A DNA stretch of 64,000 nt from Longimicrobiales bacterium (GCA_965219445.1 CBDCNQ010000004.1:704001-768000), one strand, 5' to 3'; counted from the first letter of the stretch, positions 40,428 to 52,120 are shown. The notes: a model not told the origin generated them from the letters alone. Numbers and translations: made by a program.

Positions 40428-40928
40428 CTACACGGTCTCGATAGGGCAGGTGAGTCCTTGTGATGTAACTTCTACGCCGGCGGCGGTGCACTCCTGGCAG
40501 AGTCCGTAGATCTCGAGCTTGTGGCGCGTCGGCCGAAATCCGTGCCGGGCAGACACCATGGCCTCGATACGGTGCACTTCCGCACTCTGGAACTCGATGA
40601 CTGCGCCACAGTTCAGGCAGATGAGATGTTCATGGATCGGCTCCGCGGAGAGGCGGTGTTCATATCGTTTGAAGCCCTCACCGAAGTCGAGCTCCGCCAC
40701 GAGCTTACTCCGCACGAGCAGATCCAGAGCCCGATAGATCGTCGCCTTGCCAATCCGGTGGCCCTCGGATCTTAGCACACGCTCGATCTCGTCCACGGAG
40801 AGGTGCTCGCCCGATCCAAAGACCACACTCGCCACCGCCTCCCGTTGGTGGGTGACAGGCAATCCCAGCTCTCTCAGGTAGCGTCCGAAGAGCCGAACGA
40901 ACGGAGCCGAGTCCGGGCGGGCCTTCAC
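40428..40928 (-). CDS. fur: Fur family transcriptional regulator
   Basis: THQR, HLSVDEI, ATIYRAL, HEHLICLNCG, GLCQEC; GTG start overlaps upstream stop. Confidence 0.88.
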   Translation of the reverse strand: MKARPDSAPFVRLFGRYLRELGLPVTHQREAVASVVFGSGEHLSVDEIERVLRSEGHRIGKATIYRALDLLVRSKLVAELDFGEGFKRYEHRLSAEPIHEHLICLNCGAVIEFQSAEVHRIEAMVSARHGFRPTRHKLEIYGLCQECTAAGVEVTSQGLTCPIETV

Positions 40929-41344
40929 GCCTCTACGGGCTCCAGCAAGTTGGCGTCGAATTCGTCCAACAGGACCCTGAGCTTCTCCGGGTCCCCGGTA
41001 ATCTCGACCGTGCGGGGCTCCCCGAGGTCGATATGACTCCTGCGCACGACCCCCTGCATCACTCGGGAGAGACGGTCCGGCGGAGCCTGGCCCTCCTCGG
41101 TGATACCGCTCTCGACCGAAAGGCTCGTTCCTGTCCGTTCGGCAGAGTAGGGAGCAGTGTACAACCGGCGAGCGCCATCTTCGGTGAAGCAACTTGCGGC
41201 CACCAGGCCTCGCTCCTTGCGTCCGACGATCAAGGGCGGGAACACCCACAGTCGATCGATCTCACTCTCCCCGAGGCGGCGGGCCATCATCTGAAGTGTC
41301 CTGGGAATGGCCTCCGGCACTCCTGGGTCCCCTTCATCCTTCAC
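40925..41344 (-). CDS. Hypothetical protein
   Basis: ORF tightly packed between nrnA and fur with GGAG RBS and 4-bp overlap. Confidence 0.7.
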   Translation of the reverse strand: MKDEGDPGVPEAIPRTLQMMARRLGESEIDRLWVFPPLIVGRKERGLVAASCFTEDGARRLYTAPYSAERTGTSLSVESGITEEGQAPPDRLSRVMQGVVRRSHIDLGEPRTVEITGDPEKLRVLLDEFDANLLEPVEA

Positions 41345-41375
41345 GAGCTAATCTCCAAGTGGACACCGTTTCAAA

Positions 41376-42416
41376 TCAACCGGACGTATTGTACTGCCCC
41401 GACCGCGATAGCTCCACAGCTTCTCGGGTCGCGTGTGTCACGTTCTGGCGAACCTGCTCCATGGGGCCCTCGATCAGAGCCCCCGCAGCCCGTGTATGTC
41501 CGCCGCCCCCGAACTGGCGCGCCAAGGCGTTCACGTTCACGGCGCCGTTGGAGCGGAAGGAGACCTTGATGCCTTTCCGGGGGATCTGGCGAAAGAGGAG
41601 CCCGACCTCCACACCCTCGACCGAGCGGGGGTAATCGACCATCCCTTCGAGATCGTCTGCAACCGCGCCCAGCGCGTCGAACTGATCCGCCGGGACAGTC
41701 ATCCACGCGACCCCTGCTTCCTCGTCGACCTCCAAAAAAGCCAAGGCGCTCTCGAGTAGATGAAACCGTCGGCGCGGGACGGCGCCGTAGAGGCGACGGT
41801 AGGTTTCATCGGGGCTGACACCTCGGTCGACCAACTCGGCAGCGATGCGGAGGCTGGTCGGGGTCGTGTTGCTGAACCGAAACGAACCGGTGTCCGTCAC
41901 AATGGCGACGTACATCGCGAGGTCGGCGATCGCGGGCCACGGCCCGCCGGCCCTTTTGATAAGGTCGAATACGAGCTCGCCGGTCGCGCAGGCACTGGAG
42001 TCGCGGAAGCTCACGCCCTCGATGGGCCGGTCCCCTGTCGGATGATGGTCGATCACGACGGTGGGGAGACCGTTGATCAGCGGCCTCACTCGTCCGATCC
42101 GAGTCACCTCTCCAGTGTCGAGAACGATCGCGACATCCGCACCGTCACAGAGTTCCTGGGCCTCCACCGACGTCGAGTCCACAACCCACGATTCGTCGGG
42201 TAGGAGGAAGTCGAAGGACTGCGGAACCGGTGTCGGATTCACGATGAACGCTTCCGTACCCAGCTCCCGGAGCCACGCCGCCAAAGCGATCTCGGACCCA
42301 CAGCCGTCGCCGTCGGCGTTGATGTGCGTCGTCAGAACCGCCGTTTCCTTCTTTCGCAAAGCCGTGAGGACAGAGTCGATCGCCTCGAACCTGGTCTCAG
42401 CGGTTTGGTACGTCAT
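41376..42416 (-). CDS. nrnA: DHH/DHHA1 bifunctional oligoribonuclease / pAp phosphatase
   Basis: HINADGDG, DTG, IDHH, TDTGSF, KVSFRS, GGGGH..AAG. Confidence 0.9.
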   Translation of the reverse strand: MTYQTAETRFEAIDSVLTALRKKETAVLTTHINADGDGCGSEIALAAWLRELGTEAFIVNPTPVPQSFDFLLPDESWVVDSTSVEAQELCDGADVAIVLDTGEVTRIGRVRPLINGLPTVVIDHHPTGDRPIEGVSFRDSSACATGELVFDLIKRAGGPWPAIADLAMYVAIVTDTGSFRFSNTTPTSLRIAAELVDRGVSPDETYRRLYGAVPRRRFHLLESALAFLEVDEEAGVAWMTVPADQFDALGAVADDLEGMVDYPRSVEGVEVGLLFRQIPRKGIKVSFRSNGAVNVNALARQFGGGGHTRAAGALIEGPMEQVRQNVTHATREAVELSRSGQYNTSG

Positions 42417-42440
42417 GGATCCCCTTCTTCAACAGCCTCT

Positions 42441-44333
42441 CTAGTTGGGTGCGCGCGGCAGACGCTTCCTTACCTTGGCCCACGTCGACGCGAGATGGAC
42501 CACCCATGGCGTTGTGACCCCACGGACCTGCGCATGTTCAAGCGCCTCGAGGAGGGCGGCAGGCTCGTTGGGGTGCTGGTCCACCTCCACCCAGGCACCC
42601 GCCACCTCACCCAACATGTGGGCATCGGAGCCGGCACCCCTCGGCTTGGACCAGCGAGCGGCCAGCTCCTCCCCGGGCTCATTTAGGTACGCTGGATGGA
42701 GCCTCGCGTTGAAGACCTCGATGATGTCCACCAGCGGCGCGAGCTCCTCCGCGTACCGGCCGGACCCTCCCTTCCCTCGAGCATAAGGGTGGGGCAAGTA
42801 GACGAGTCCTCCCTGGTCCTTCACCCTACGGCATACTTCCCTGGCAGGCGTTCCCTTCGGGATCTCCTCCTCGATGTAGAGGCCGATGACGTCGATACCC
42901 TCCTTCGTCTTCACCTCCTCACCGGGAATCACCGAATCCGGATACACTCCGGCCATCTCCAAGGCCGTGGAGGTGCGGTTGTGGTCTGTGATCGCGATGC
43001 GCTGGACTCCTCTGGCGGCTGCGGCCGCCATCACGCGGCGAGGGTCTGAAAGACAGTCGAAGGACGCCTGGGTATGCGTGTGCATGTCTATGCGCAGTCG
43101 ACCTTCCTTCGGCTGGGGGCGAGCCACCGCGCTCCTCCTTAGGTGCGTGAGCACCTCCATGGCCTGGTGCTCCAGTGCTTGAAGATCTCCCTCATTGACG
43201 AGTACATGCGTCGCCCGGTCTCGCTTCACTCCCGAATCCATCTGGACTTCCATGATGGCCCTCGCACTCTCGACGCTGAGGTCGCGCGTCTCCCGAAGGC
43301 GGTCGAGCCGAATTTTCTCAGACGCATCGACGACGACTGTGGCGTCGAAGTCACCTTCGAGCCCCACTTCGAACAGAAGCGGGATCTCCGATACACATAC
43401 CGTATCCTGGTTGGCAAAACGTTCGCGCATCCACCGGTCCCGGAGCGCCCGGACGCGGGGATGAACAATGGCCTCCAACCGGCGCCGAGCTCCTTCGTCC
43501 TGGAAGACGACAGACGCAAGGGCCGCTCGGTTCAAGGCACCATCGGCTTCCAGAATTTCTTCGCCGAAGACGTCGACCACTGCGGACAGACCGGGGGAGC
43601 CAGGCTCGACCGCCCGTCGTGCCAGGTCATCCGCACTGACAACCGGGACGCCGACGTCCTGCCAAAGAGTGGACACCGTCGACTTACCGGCAGCAATGTT
43701 CCCCGTCAATCCCACCGATAGAGTGTTTCCCGACTCCGGCGTCGCGAAGAGAAGCCCCTTGAGCACCAGAACGGCTGCGATAAGTCCTGCGGCTACGATC
43801 GTCGCCCACCCCACGCCCATCGAGCCGACTCCGATCTCCCAGCCACGGGCAGCGGCGTAGGCGATGCCCAATCCGACGAAGGCCCACCCTGCGACCCCGA
43901 GGAGATCGAAGGCCAGGAAGCGCCGGTACGCGACCGATGTAGACCCGGCGACGAGCGGCATGAGGGTTCGCACGAACGGAACCAGTCGAGCCAAGCTCAC
44001 CGAATATCCGGCGTGTCTGTCGAACAGGTCGAGAGCACGGTCCTGGTGCCTGCGGGCCATCCGGGCGAGTCGGCCGCTGCCAAGGAGTAGGCGGCGACCT
44101 CCCCAGCGCCCAATCATGAACCCGGCCGAATCGCCCAGCGCCGCTCCTAACACCGCCGCCCCAGCAACGGCTGCGAAGCTGAAGTGGCCCTGGAGGGCGA
44201 AGGCGGTCGCTACAATGAGGGTGGGCTCAGTGGGGAGGACCAGCCCTATGATCAGGGCTGTTTCAAACATCGCCATGCCACCAACCAGCCACAGCCCGTA
44301 CAGCTCAATGTTCGAGCCGATCCAGTCGATCAT
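42441..44333 (-). CDS. coaE: DedA - dephospho-CoA kinase - PHP phosphoesterase triple fusion
   Basis: DedA (FET...LPTE, GD...IGRWGG, RLVPFVRT); CoaE (GLTGNIAAGKSTV, LEAIVHP, EIPLLFE); PHP (DMHTH, TDHN, GEE, PHP, GSDAH), all in one frame. Confidence 0.85.
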   Translation of the reverse strand: MIDWIGSNIELYGLWLVGGMAMFETALIIGLVLPTEPTLIVATAFALQGHFSFAAVAGAAVLGAALGDSAGFMIGRWGGRRLLLGSGRLARMARRHQDRALDLFDRHAGYSVSLARLVPFVRTLMPLVAGSTSVAYRRFLAFDLLGVAGWAFVGLGIAYAAARGWEIGVGSMGVGWATIVAAGLIAAVLVLKGLLFATPESGNTLSVGLTGNIAAGKSTVSTLWQDVGVPVVSADDLARRAVEPGSPGLSAVVDVFGEEILEADGALNRAALASVVFQDEGARRRLEAIVHPRVRALRDRWMRERFANQDTVCVSEIPLLFEVGLEGDFDATVVVDASEKIRLDRLRETRDLSVESARAIMEVQMDSGVKRDRATHVLVNEGDLQALEHQAMEVLTHLRRSAVARPQPKEGRLRIDMHTHTQASFDCLSDPRRVMAAAAARGVQRIAITDHNRTSTALEMAGVYPDSVIPGEEVKTKEGIDVIGLYIEEEIPKGTPAREVCRRVKDQGGLVYLPHPYARGKGGSGRYAEELAPLVDIIEVFNARLHPAYLNEPGEELAARWSKPRGAGSDAHMLGEVAGAWVEVDQHPNEPAALLEALEHAQVRGVTTPWVVHLASTWAKVRKRLPRAPN

Positions 44334-44386
44334 TGTGCGGGCGCCGGCTCCCGGCTCAATCTGGAGGGCTGTTGAAGGAGTACAGT

Positions 44387-44418
44387 GGGCCGCGTTGCGG
44401 ATGCCACGGCCTCAGATC
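44387..44418. repeat. 32-bp extragenic repeat, copy 2 (REP-like)
   Basis: gggccgcgttgcggatgccacggcctcagatc; 30/32 identical to 6527-6558; abuts the stop at 44419. Confidence 0.75.
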
Positions 44419-44793
44419 CTAGAAGGGGCGATGCCAAGCTACGCGGAGGTCGTCCTGGCTTCCAATCTCCCCATCCGGACCATTCGATCGAATCGCGAAG
44501 GAGTCAGGCCATGCCTGGTAGGAGTAGGTCGTGCCCCAGGGATCCATCGCTGCATCGCCCGTGAAGTTGGCCGCCAACCACGCATTCCATTGGCGGGTCT
44601 GAGGAAGCTGGAACGTCTCACGCGCTTCCCTTCTCACGGATCGAGACAACTCCTCAATCTCCCGCTCGGCCGACCAGATGAGCATGGGTTGAACCACGGG
44701 CATGGCCTTGTCGATCATCATCTGGCGGCTTTCGGGAAAATACAGCGAGGCCACAAAGCCGAGGATGATCAGCAGGATGAGCCTGGTTACCAC
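44419..44793 (-). CDS. GspG C-terminal-like (T2SSG) domain protein with N-terminal TM
   Basis: DPWGTTYSY and SNGPDG...DD motifs; no prepilin GFxxxE site. Confidence 0.6.
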   Translation of the reverse strand: MVTRLILLIILGFVASLYFPESRQMMIDKAMPVVQPMLIWSAEREIEELSRSVRREARETFQLPQTRQWNAWLAANFTGDAAMDPWGTTYSYQAWPDSFAIRSNGPDGEIGSQDDLRVAWHRPF

Positions 44794-45056
44794 GCTTTGC
44801 TCTCCTTCACGTGCTTACGCATGTAGGATCCCCAGCGGACATAACGCTCGAGATCCCCGGCCGGAACGACCGTCGTCCCTTCTCCGTAAGCAGTCTCCAT
44901 GCGCCATCTCATATAGGCCTTCGACGGTAACGGGAGAAAAGGCTGCTGCCGATACCATCGGTTCGCCCTAAAGGCCCACGCCGTCGCCAACATGGCGGGA
45001 ATGAGCCACGGTCGCCGGACGGCAAGCTTCGCCAGCCCTACGTAAACCGATCCCAT
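44787..45056 (-). CDS. Hypothetical protein
   Basis: WYxxxPFLPLP..YMRWRMETAYG; overlaps downstream start by 7 bp; start uncertain. Confidence 0.6.
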   Translation of the reverse strand: MGSVYVGLAKLAVRRPWLIPAMLATAWAFRANRWYRQQPFLPLPSKAYMRWRMETAYGEGTTVVPAGDLERYVRWGSYMRKHVKESKAW

Positions 45057-45239
45057 ACCGTTTCTCGCAGTCGGTTCCCGGGCGCACCACCCGGAAACAT
45101 ATGTATGGGCCAAATTTAGTCCGCGCCCCGAGGCAATTCAATGATACGGGATCCACACCATGCCCGAGGGGCCTCCTCGATGGTCCCCACGATCCACCCG
45201 AGCTATGATACGTGATATTGAGAGCCAGGGAGAATTTGA

Positions 45240-47306
45240 GTGTCGAATCGTCTAGCCCAAGAGTCCAGTCCCTACCTTCTTCAGCACGCCCAAAACCCCG
45301 TTCACTGGTATGCCTGGGGCACCGAGGCGTTCGACGAGGCCCGGCGCAGGGACGTCCCGGTGCTCCTGTCGATCGGTTACTCCGCCTGCCACTGGTGCCA
45401 CGTCATGGAGCGAGAGTCCTTCGAAGACCCAACGACCGCAAAGCTCATGAACGAGTCCTTCGTCAACATCAAAGTGGACCGTGAGGAGCGTCCCGACATC
45501 GACTCCGTTTACATGAAGGCTGTCCAGACCCTGACCGGACAGGGGGGGTGGCCACTCACGGCATTCCTCACCTCGGATGGAGAGCCCTTTTTCGGAGGGA
45601 CGTACTTTCCGCCCGAGCCCCGGCACAATATACCCTCCTTTCGGCAAGTCCTTGAGTCGATCCGAGGTGCCTATGACGAGCGGAAGGAGGAGATCGTCCG
45701 AAACGCCGGTGAGTTGAAGGAGTTGCTGGAAAAGAGCTCGGCGGAACGCTCGGAAGGGCCGGTGGCGCCAGACGGGAACGCGATCGTCGGTCTGGCTCTG
45801 CTTGATCACGCGTTCCGCTTTCTTGCCTCGCGCTTCGACCCCAAGCACGGCGGTTTCGGTGGGGCGCCCAAGTTTCCACAACCGGTAACTCTGGAGTTCG
45901 CTCTCCGGGTGCACGCGCGCACCGGTGACCCGGATGCGCTGGGGATGGTCACGCAGACGCTTCGCGCCATGGCCCGCGGTGGAATCCACGATCACTTGGC
46001 CGGTGGCTTCCATCGATACTCCGTCGACGCCCGATGGCTGGTTCCCCACTTCGAAAAAATGCTATATGACAACGCCTTGCTCGGACGATTGTACCTGAAC
46101 GCCTATCAGGTCACCGGCGACCCGGAGCTCAGGCGGGTTGCGGAAGGCACGCTGGACCACCTTCTCACGGACATGCTCGCACCCGAAGGGGGGTTCTACT
46201 CCGCTTTGGACGCGGATTCGGAAGGAGAAGAGGGGACGTTCTATGTCTGGACTCCCATGGAAGTGCGTGAGGTGCTCGACGAGGAGGTGGCCGATCTGTT
46301 CATGCGCTGTTACGACGTGAGCGAGGATGGCAACTTCGAGAAGCGCAACATCCTCCACCTTCCCCATGACCTCGCGGCGGTCGCCAAGCGCGAGGACATG
46401 AGCCTCGAGTTCTTGCGAGAGCTGCTCCGGGATGCGAGGCATGTCCTGTTGGAGGCCCGAAACCTCCGAGAGCCGCCTTTCCGTGACGAGAAGATCCTCG
46501 CGAGCTGGAACGGGATGGCGATCCGAGCCCTGGCCGAGGCCGGTGGAGCGCTGAATGAGAGCCGTTTTCGAGTAGCAGCGGTACGTGGACTCGAATTTCT
46601 GCTTGGGAACATGCGGAAGGGTGACCGCCTCCGGCGATCATACAAGGACGGCACGGCACGGATCGATGCCTTCCTGGAAGACTACGCCGCCGTGGGTAAC
46701 GCGATTTTCAGCGTGTATGAAGCCACGCTCGAGCCTCGTTGGCTGGACGAGGCGGCGTGGATTACGGAGCTCGTCGTTGGGCTCTTCTGGGACGACACGG
46801 ACGGCGTGTTCCACGATGGTCCGAAAGATGGCGAGGCGCTGGCCGTCCGAGCACGGGACCTCATGGACAACGCTACACCGTCCGGAAATTCGCTGGCCGT
46901 TGAGCTTCTGATACGGAGCGCTCACCTATTCGGAGAGGAGCGCCATCGGGTCATCGCCCATCGAGTGCTCGACCGAGAGGCCGGCCTCATGGCACGCTTG
47001 CCCGCCGCGTTTGGCCGCCTACTCGGAGCGCTCGACCGCACGGTGGCTGACCCCGTGGAGATCGTCATCGTGGGCGCGCGCGACGATGTCCGCACACTGG
47101 AGCTGCTCGAAACAGCATTGAGCCGGTACATGCCGAACCGGACCATCGCGGGTTCCGCTCCAAGTGAGGACCTCTCCCACTCGCTACCCGTACTCGAAGG
47201 ACGCGATCGTGGAACGGAGCCGGCCGCCTACGTTTGCGAGCGTTATGCGTGCAAGGCACCGGTCTCCGACGCGATGGCATTGGCGGAGCAACTCGACAGA
47301 GGGTAG
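45240..47306 (+). CDS. Thioredoxin-domain protein, YyaL/SPATA20 family
   Basis: [53 protein letters not shown]. Confidence 0.93.
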   Translation: MSNRLAQESSPYLLQHAQNPVHWYAWGTEAFDEARRRDVPVLLSIGYSACHWCHVMERESFEDPTTAKLMNESFVNIKVDREERPDIDSVYMKAVQTLTGQGGWPLTAFLTSDGEPFFGGTYFPPEPRHNIPSFRQVLESIRGAYDERKEEIVRNAGELKELLEKSSAERSEGPVAPDGNAIVGLALLDHAFRFLASRFDPKHGGFGGAPKFPQPVTLEFALRVHARTGDPDALGMVTQTLRAMARGGIHDHLAGGFHRYSVDARWLVPHFEKMLYDNALLGRLYLNAYQVTGDPELRRVAEGTLDHLLTDMLAPEGGFYSALDADSEGEEGTFYVWTPMEVREVLDEEVADLFMRCYDVSEDGNFEKRNILHLPHDLAAVAKREDMSLEFLRELLRDARHVLLEARNLREPPFRDEKILASWNGMAIRALAEAGGALNESRFRVAAVRGLEFLLGNMRKGDRLRRSYKDGTARIDAFLEDYAAVGNAIFSVYEATLEPRWLDEAAWITELVVGLFWDDTDGVFHDGPKDGEALAVRARDLMDNATPSGNSLAVELLIRSAHLFGEERHRVIAHRVLDREAGLMARLPAAFGRLLGALDRTVADPVEIVIVGARDDVRTLELLETALSRYMPNRTIAGSAPSEDLSHSLPVLEGRDRGTEPAAYVCERYACKAPVSDAMALAEQLDRG

Positions 47307-47392
47307 TGCTCCTCGGACGGAAGGTTTTACTATCTTACAAGCCACGCCCTCTTAGAGGCTCCGCCCTCCGACTCCAAAGACGCCTGGAATAG

Positions 47393-49528
47393 ATGGTAAC
47401 CAAGGAGCAAGAGATCACCGAAACTCAGGACTTGGAGGACCCCTCCTCCGAGTGGCTCCTCGACGCGTACCAAACGATGGTCACCTCACGGCGCGTGGAT
47501 GACCGAGAAATCAGCCTAAAGCGCCAGAACAAGACTTTCTTCCAGATCGCCGGCGCCGGGCACGAAGCGGTGCAGGTGGCGATGGCCGAGCACTTGAGGC
47601 CGGGGTACGACTGGTTCCACCCGTACTACCGGGATCGCACGCTGGTTCTGGCGTTGGGACAGACCCCCTTGGACCACCTTCTCGGTGCGGTCGGGGCCGA
47701 CGACGATCCGAACAGCGGCGGTCGGCAGATGCCCTCCCACTTCTCGGATCCGGGGCTTCACATCGTGACGATGTCCTCCCCCACCGGTACCCAATTCCTC
47801 CAGGCCGTCGGTGCGGCGGAGGCGGGATACCGGGTCTCACTCATCCCCGAGCTACGAAGCAGGATCGAGGAATTCGAGGAGGATGAGGTAGTGCTGGTCT
47901 GTTCCGGGGAGGGAGCGACGTCGGAGGGTGAGTTCTGGGAGGCCCTCAATACGGCGTGCAGCCTCAAGCTTCCCGTAATCTTTCTCATCGAGGACAACGA
48001 ATATGCGATCTCGGTGCCGGTCGAGGTCAACACAGCGGGAGGAAGCATCTCCAAGCTTGTGTCCGGATTTCCCGATCTTTTCATCATCGAGTGCGACGGC
48101 ACCGACGTGCTGGACAGCCACCGGGCGACGGGCAAGGCGGTCCGTCACTGCCGGCTGAGAAGGGGACCGGCCCTCGTGCACGCTCATACCATACGTCCCT
48201 ATTCCCATTCGATGTCCGATGATGAGCGGACTTACCGGCCCGCCGCCGAGCTGAAAGAAGCCGCCGCCAGGGACCCGCTCGTCAAGACTCGGACCCTCCT
48301 GATCGAGCGGGGCATCGCAACGGCCGAGGAACTCGACAGCCTGGAAGAAGAGGCCGCGACCGAGGTCGCGGAGGCCGCCATTGAGGCAAGCAGCCACCCA
48401 CAGCCTGATCCTGAGAACGCTCTGCTCCACCTCTACTCCGAAGAAGTCGACCCGACTTCGCCATCCTTCGACACCGAGGACTCACAGGAATTCGGGGACG
48501 GACGCACGCTCACGATGGTCGATCTGCTCAACGCCTGTCTTGCTGACGAGATGGAGCGGGATCCCCGCATCATCCTCTTCGGGCAGGACATCGCCGACGC
48601 GTCTCGGGAGTCGGCGCTCTCAGAGGTGAAGGGAAAGGGGGGCGTGTTCAAGGTCACGCAAGGCCTCCAACGTCAATTCGGTGGAAGCCGAGTATTCAAC
48701 TCGCCTCTGGCCGAGGCCAACATCGTCGGGCGGGCCATCGGAATGGCGCAGCGGGGCCTACGGCCGGTGGTCGAAATCCAGTTCCTCGATTACATCTGGC
48801 CAGCGTTCATGCAAATTCGAGACGAGCTGGCCACCATCCGGTATCGCTCCCAGGGGGGGTATGCCGCACCGGTCGTGATCAGAGTCTCGTACGGCGGCTA
48901 CCTGAAGGGGGGCGGACCCTATCACTCTCAGACCGGGGAGACACTATTTACCCATACACCCGGCCTTCGAGTCGTGCTTCCGTCGAGTGCGTCCGACGCA
49001 AATGGACTCCTGAGAACGGCCATCCGATGTGAGGACCCGGTCATCTTCCTCGAGCACAAGCACCTGTATCGGCAAATTCACAACAAGGCCCTGTATCCGG
49101 GGAAGGACTTCATGATCCCCATGGGCAAGGCGAATAAGGTCAGGGAAGGATCCGATCTCACCGTCGTGACGTGCGGCGCGCTGGTCAAACGTTCTCTTGA
49201 CGCCGCGAAGATCGCATCGGAAGAGCATGGAATCGAGTGTGACGTCATCGACCTGAGGACGCTTTCGCCTCTCGATATGGACACCGTGGCGCACTCCGTC
49301 AAGAGAACGAACAAGGTCCTCATCACCCATGAAGACTCGCTGTCATGGGGGCTCGGCTCGGAGATCGCGGCCCGCATCGCGGACGAACTGTTTCCCTGGC
49401 TGGACGGGCCAGTGCGTCGGGTCGCGGCACTGGACACGTGGGTTGCGTATGCTCCGCAGCTGGAAGACGAAATTCTCCCCCAGCCATCCGACGTACTCGC
49501 GGCCATTCTCGACCTGGCTAGCTTCTAA
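47393..49528 (+). CDS. 2-oxoacid (probably branched-chain) dehydrogenase E1, fused alpha/beta subunits
   Basis: [19 protein letters not shown]...N TPP motif, HSMSDD; beta: [27 protein letters not shown]. Confidence 0.9.
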   Translation: MVTKEQEITETQDLEDPSSEWLLDAYQTMVTSRRVDDREISLKRQNKTFFQIAGAGHEAVQVAMAEHLRPGYDWFHPYYRDRTLVLALGQTPLDHLLGAVGADDDPNSGGRQMPSHFSDPGLHIVTMSSPTGTQFLQAVGAAEAGYRVSLIPELRSRIEEFEEDEVVLVCSGEGATSEGEFWEALNTACSLKLPVIFLIEDNEYAISVPVEVNTAGGSISKLVSGFPDLFIIECDGTDVLDSHRATGKAVRHCRLRRGPALVHAHTIRPYSHSMSDDERTYRPAAELKEAAARDPLVKTRTLLIERGIATAEELDSLEEEAATEVAEAAIEASSHPQPDPENALLHLYSEEVDPTSPSFDTEDSQEFGDGRTLTMVDLLNACLADEMERDPRIILFGQDIADASRESALSEVKGKGGVFKVTQGLQRQFGGSRVFNSPLAEANIVGRAIGMAQRGLRPVVEIQFLDYIWPAFMQIRDELATIRYRSQGGYAAPVVIRVSYGGYLKGGGPYHSQTGETLFTHTPGLRVVLPSSASDANGLLRTAIRCEDPVIFLEHKHLYRQIHNKALYPGKDFMIPMGKANKVREGSDLTVVTCGALVKRSLDAAKIASEEHGIECDVIDLRTLSPLDMDTVAHSVKRTNKVLITHEDSLSWGLGSEIAARIADELFPWLDGPVRRVAALDTWVAYAPQLEDEILPQPSDVLAAILDLASF

Positions 49529-50853
49529 CCGATAGGGGGCTTGTCTGCAACGGGTTCACCGGTGGCACCCGGCAGAATCAAGCGCACCGCCCGCCGATAA
49601 AAGACGTAGTTCCAGGCCCAATTCACGAGCACGAGCGCCCGATTGCGAAAGCCGATGAGCTTGGTAACGTGAACGACAAGCCACAGAGACCAGGCCGCGA
49701 AACCTGTGAATGACCGCCCCCACAGATGGGCTACCGCCGCGTTTCGGCCGATTACCGCCAACATGCCGAGATCCTTGTAGGCAAAGTTCCCCGGTGCCTC
49801 CCCTCGGATCATCTGGACCACGTTTTCTGCCGCCTTGCTCCCCTGTTGAAGGGCGACCTGGGCAATCTGTGGAAGCGGCTGCCCGTCCTCCTCCACGTAT
49901 GTGAGGTCGCCCACGACGAACACCTCCGGGTGACCCGGCACCTGGAGCGTACTCTCCACCGGAACGCGCCCGGCCGGACCGACGGGCAGACCCCAACTGC
50001 CCACTGCGGGATCGCCCTGGACACCAGCGGCCCAGACCACCGTATGCGTGGCGGTGGTGTCCGAATCAACGTCAGCGTCAGCGTCAGTGTCGGTCCCAGT
50101 GTCGGTCTCGCGGCTCACCACGCGGTCGGACGCCACCTCCACGACCTGTGATCCGGTGAGCACGTGCACACCTCGACGTTCGAGACGGACCCGGGCGTAC
50201 TCCTGCAAGCGCGGGGGCATGCCCGCCAGGAGCCCTTCGCCGCCCTCCAGCAACCGTATGTCCACCTCGTTTCGTGCGATGCCCTGAAAATCCTGCAGGA
50301 GCGGCCCGTAGATGAGTTCCGCAAGCGCACCCGCATATTCGACACCCGTCGCTCCCCCGCCCACAATTACGAAGCGGAGCAGAGCTCCTCGCGCCGACGC
50401 ATCCGCCGTCTGAGCCGCGCGCTCGAAACAATCCAAGATGTGGTAGCGGAGTGGGATCGCGTCATCCATCGTGCGAAGAGGGAAAGCATGGCGCGCGGCA
50501 CCCTCCACCCCGAAGTAGTTCGGCACGCTCCCCAGCGCCATCACCACGTAGTCGTATGCGAGGCGGGACCCATCGACCTCGATAATCCGGGCCTCAAGAT
50601 CGATGCCATGGACCCTGGCCTTTCGGAACTCGACGAGGGGGTGCCTCCTGAAGAGACTGCGAACCGGATAGGCGATCTCGCTCGGTCCCAATTCGGCGGC
50701 GGCGACCTGATACAGGAGCGGCAAAAAAGTGTGGTAGTTGTTTCGGTCGATCAGGGTCACACCGAACCCAAGCGAGACGAGCTTGCGTACGGCCCAAAGC
50801 CCCCCGAAACCAGCCCCGATCACGACGATCCGAGGCCCCTTGGTGTCGATCAC
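49525..50853 (-). CDS. ndh: Type II NADH:quinone oxidoreductase
   Basis: [30 protein letters not shown], AQVAxQQG, YKDLG; start GTG 50853. Confidence 0.88.
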   Translation of the reverse strand: MIDTKGPRIVVIGAGFGGLWAVRKLVSLGFGVTLIDRNNYHTFLPLLYQVAAAELGPSEIAYPVRSLFRRHPLVEFRKARVHGIDLEARIIEVDGSRLAYDYVVMALGSVPNYFGVEGAARHAFPLRTMDDAIPLRYHILDCFERAAQTADASARGALLRFVIVGGGATGVEYAGALAELIYGPLLQDFQGIARNEVDIRLLEGGEGLLAGMPPRLQEYARVRLERRGVHVLTGSQVVEVASDRVVSRETDTGTDTDADADVDSDTTATHTVVWAAGVQGDPAVGSWGLPVGPAGRVPVESTLQVPGHPEVFVVGDLTYVEEDGQPLPQIAQVALQQGSKAAENVVQMIRGEAPGNFAYKDLGMLAVIGRNAAVAHLWGRSFTGFAAWSLWLVVHVTKLIGFRNRALVLVNWAWNYVFYRRAVRLILPGATGEPVADKPPIG

Positions 50854-50863
50854 ACTGGCTTGG

Positions 50864-52120
50864 TCAGTATTTCGGAAGGCTCTGGTCGATCTCGTCCACC
50901 CACGCGTGGATCCCTCCCACAAAGTTGAATACGCTGGAAAATCCCTCTTCCACCAACATCTGCGCCGCGCTCGCACTACGGGCTCCAGTTCGGCAGTACA
51001 CGACGATCTCCCGGTCCGTGGGAATCTCGTCCAGACGATCCGGGAGTTCGGCGAGCGGAATCATTATGGCACCGTCCGGCTCCAAATTTACGATATCCCA
51101 CTCGTGCGGTTGCCGAACATCTAACAGAAACGGAGGCTCCTCTGATGCCAAGCGCTCGTTGAGCTCAACGGCCCCCACCTCACCAAATGTGTTCACCATC
51201 CCCTCCTCCTTGCCCTCAATGGGCGCTTTCAGCCCACAAAAATCTTCATAGTCGATGAGCCCGGGTTGCGTCGGCTCATCCCCACAAACCGGACAACTCG
51301 GGTTCCTGCTGACGGCCATCTCCCTCCAACTCATTTCAAGCGCGTCGAAGATCAGCAACCGTCCGCTGAGCGTGTCTCCTTGCCCAAGAAGGAGCTTGAT
51401 CACTTCGAGGGCCTGAATCAATCCGATGATCCCCGGCAAGACACCGAGTACACCAGCCTCTGCACAGTTCGGGACTAGCCCCGGTGGTGGCGGCTCTCGA
51501 AAGAGGCACCGGTAGCACGGTCCTCCATCCCTCGCGAACACCGAGGCCTGACCCTCCCAGCGGAAGACAGATCCGTAGACATTCGGCTTTCCCAAGAGCA
51601 CACAGGCGTCGTTGACGAGGTAGCGCGTTGGGAAGTTGTCGGTCCCGTCAGCCACGATGTCGTACGCACCCAGAATCTCCAGCGCATTGCTCGAATCCAG
51701 CCGGACATCGTGCGTTACGACTGACACGTGCGGGTTCACGTCCGCAAGGCGTTCCCTAGCCGAATCTAGCTTGGGCCGGCCTAGGTCCTTGGTGCCGTGA
51801 AGAATCTGCCGTTGGAGGTTGGTGGCGTCGACCTCGTCGAAGTCGACGAGGCCCAGTGTGCCAACCCCAGCCGCGGCGAGATAGAGCGCGAGGGGCGAGC
51901 CGAGCCCTCCGGCACCCACCACGAGCACGCGCGAATCCTTGAGGAGCAACTGCCCCTTCTTGCCCACCTCCGGCAAGGACAAATGCCTCGCGTACCTACT
52001 GAGCTCGGCAGACTCCAAACTGAGTTCGGCAGACTCCGACTCGAGTTGTTCACGCTCGACCAACGTCGGGCCTCTCTGGGAAATGGGGCTCGTTTCCTCG
52101 ACCAAGTTCCACCCCCCCAC
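50864..52120 (-). CDS. moeB: Molybdopterin-synthase adenylyltransferase with rhodanese domain (MoeB/MoeZ)
   Basis: RYARH, GAGGLG, NLQRQ, TDNF, CYRC, CAEAG, CPVC; rhodanese LDVR...CRTGARS; start uncertain. Confidence 0.9.
   Translation of the reverse strand: MGGWNLVEETSPISQRGPTLVEREQLESESAELSLESAELSRYARHLSLPEVGKKGQLLLKDSRVLVVGAGGLGSPLALYLAAAGVGTLGLVDFDEVDATNLQRQILHGTKDLGRPKLDSARERLADVNPHVSVVTHDVRLDSSNALEILGAYDIVADGTDNFPTRYLVNDACVLLGKPNVYGSVFRWEGQASVFARDGGPCYRCLFREPPPPGLVPNCAEAGVLGVLPGIIGLIQALEVIKLLLGQGDTLSGRLLIFDALEMSWREMAVSRNPSCPVCGDEPTQPGLIDYEDFCGLKAPIEGKEEGMVNTFGEVGAVELNERLASEEPPFLLDVRQPHEWDIVNLEPDGAIMIPLAELPDRLDEIPTDREIVVYCRTGARSASAAQMLVEEGFSSVFNFVGGIHAWVDEIDQSLPKY

Noticed and set aside
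40929..41249. Extended N-terminus of Fur (also the ORF-track extensions of ndh, ccdA and the M28 peptidase)
   Set aside because: They overlap upstream genes; better starts lie next to the upstream stop codons
44419..44793. Type II secretion system
   Set aside because: Lone GspG-like domain with no prepilin cleavage motif and no other gsp genes in the window
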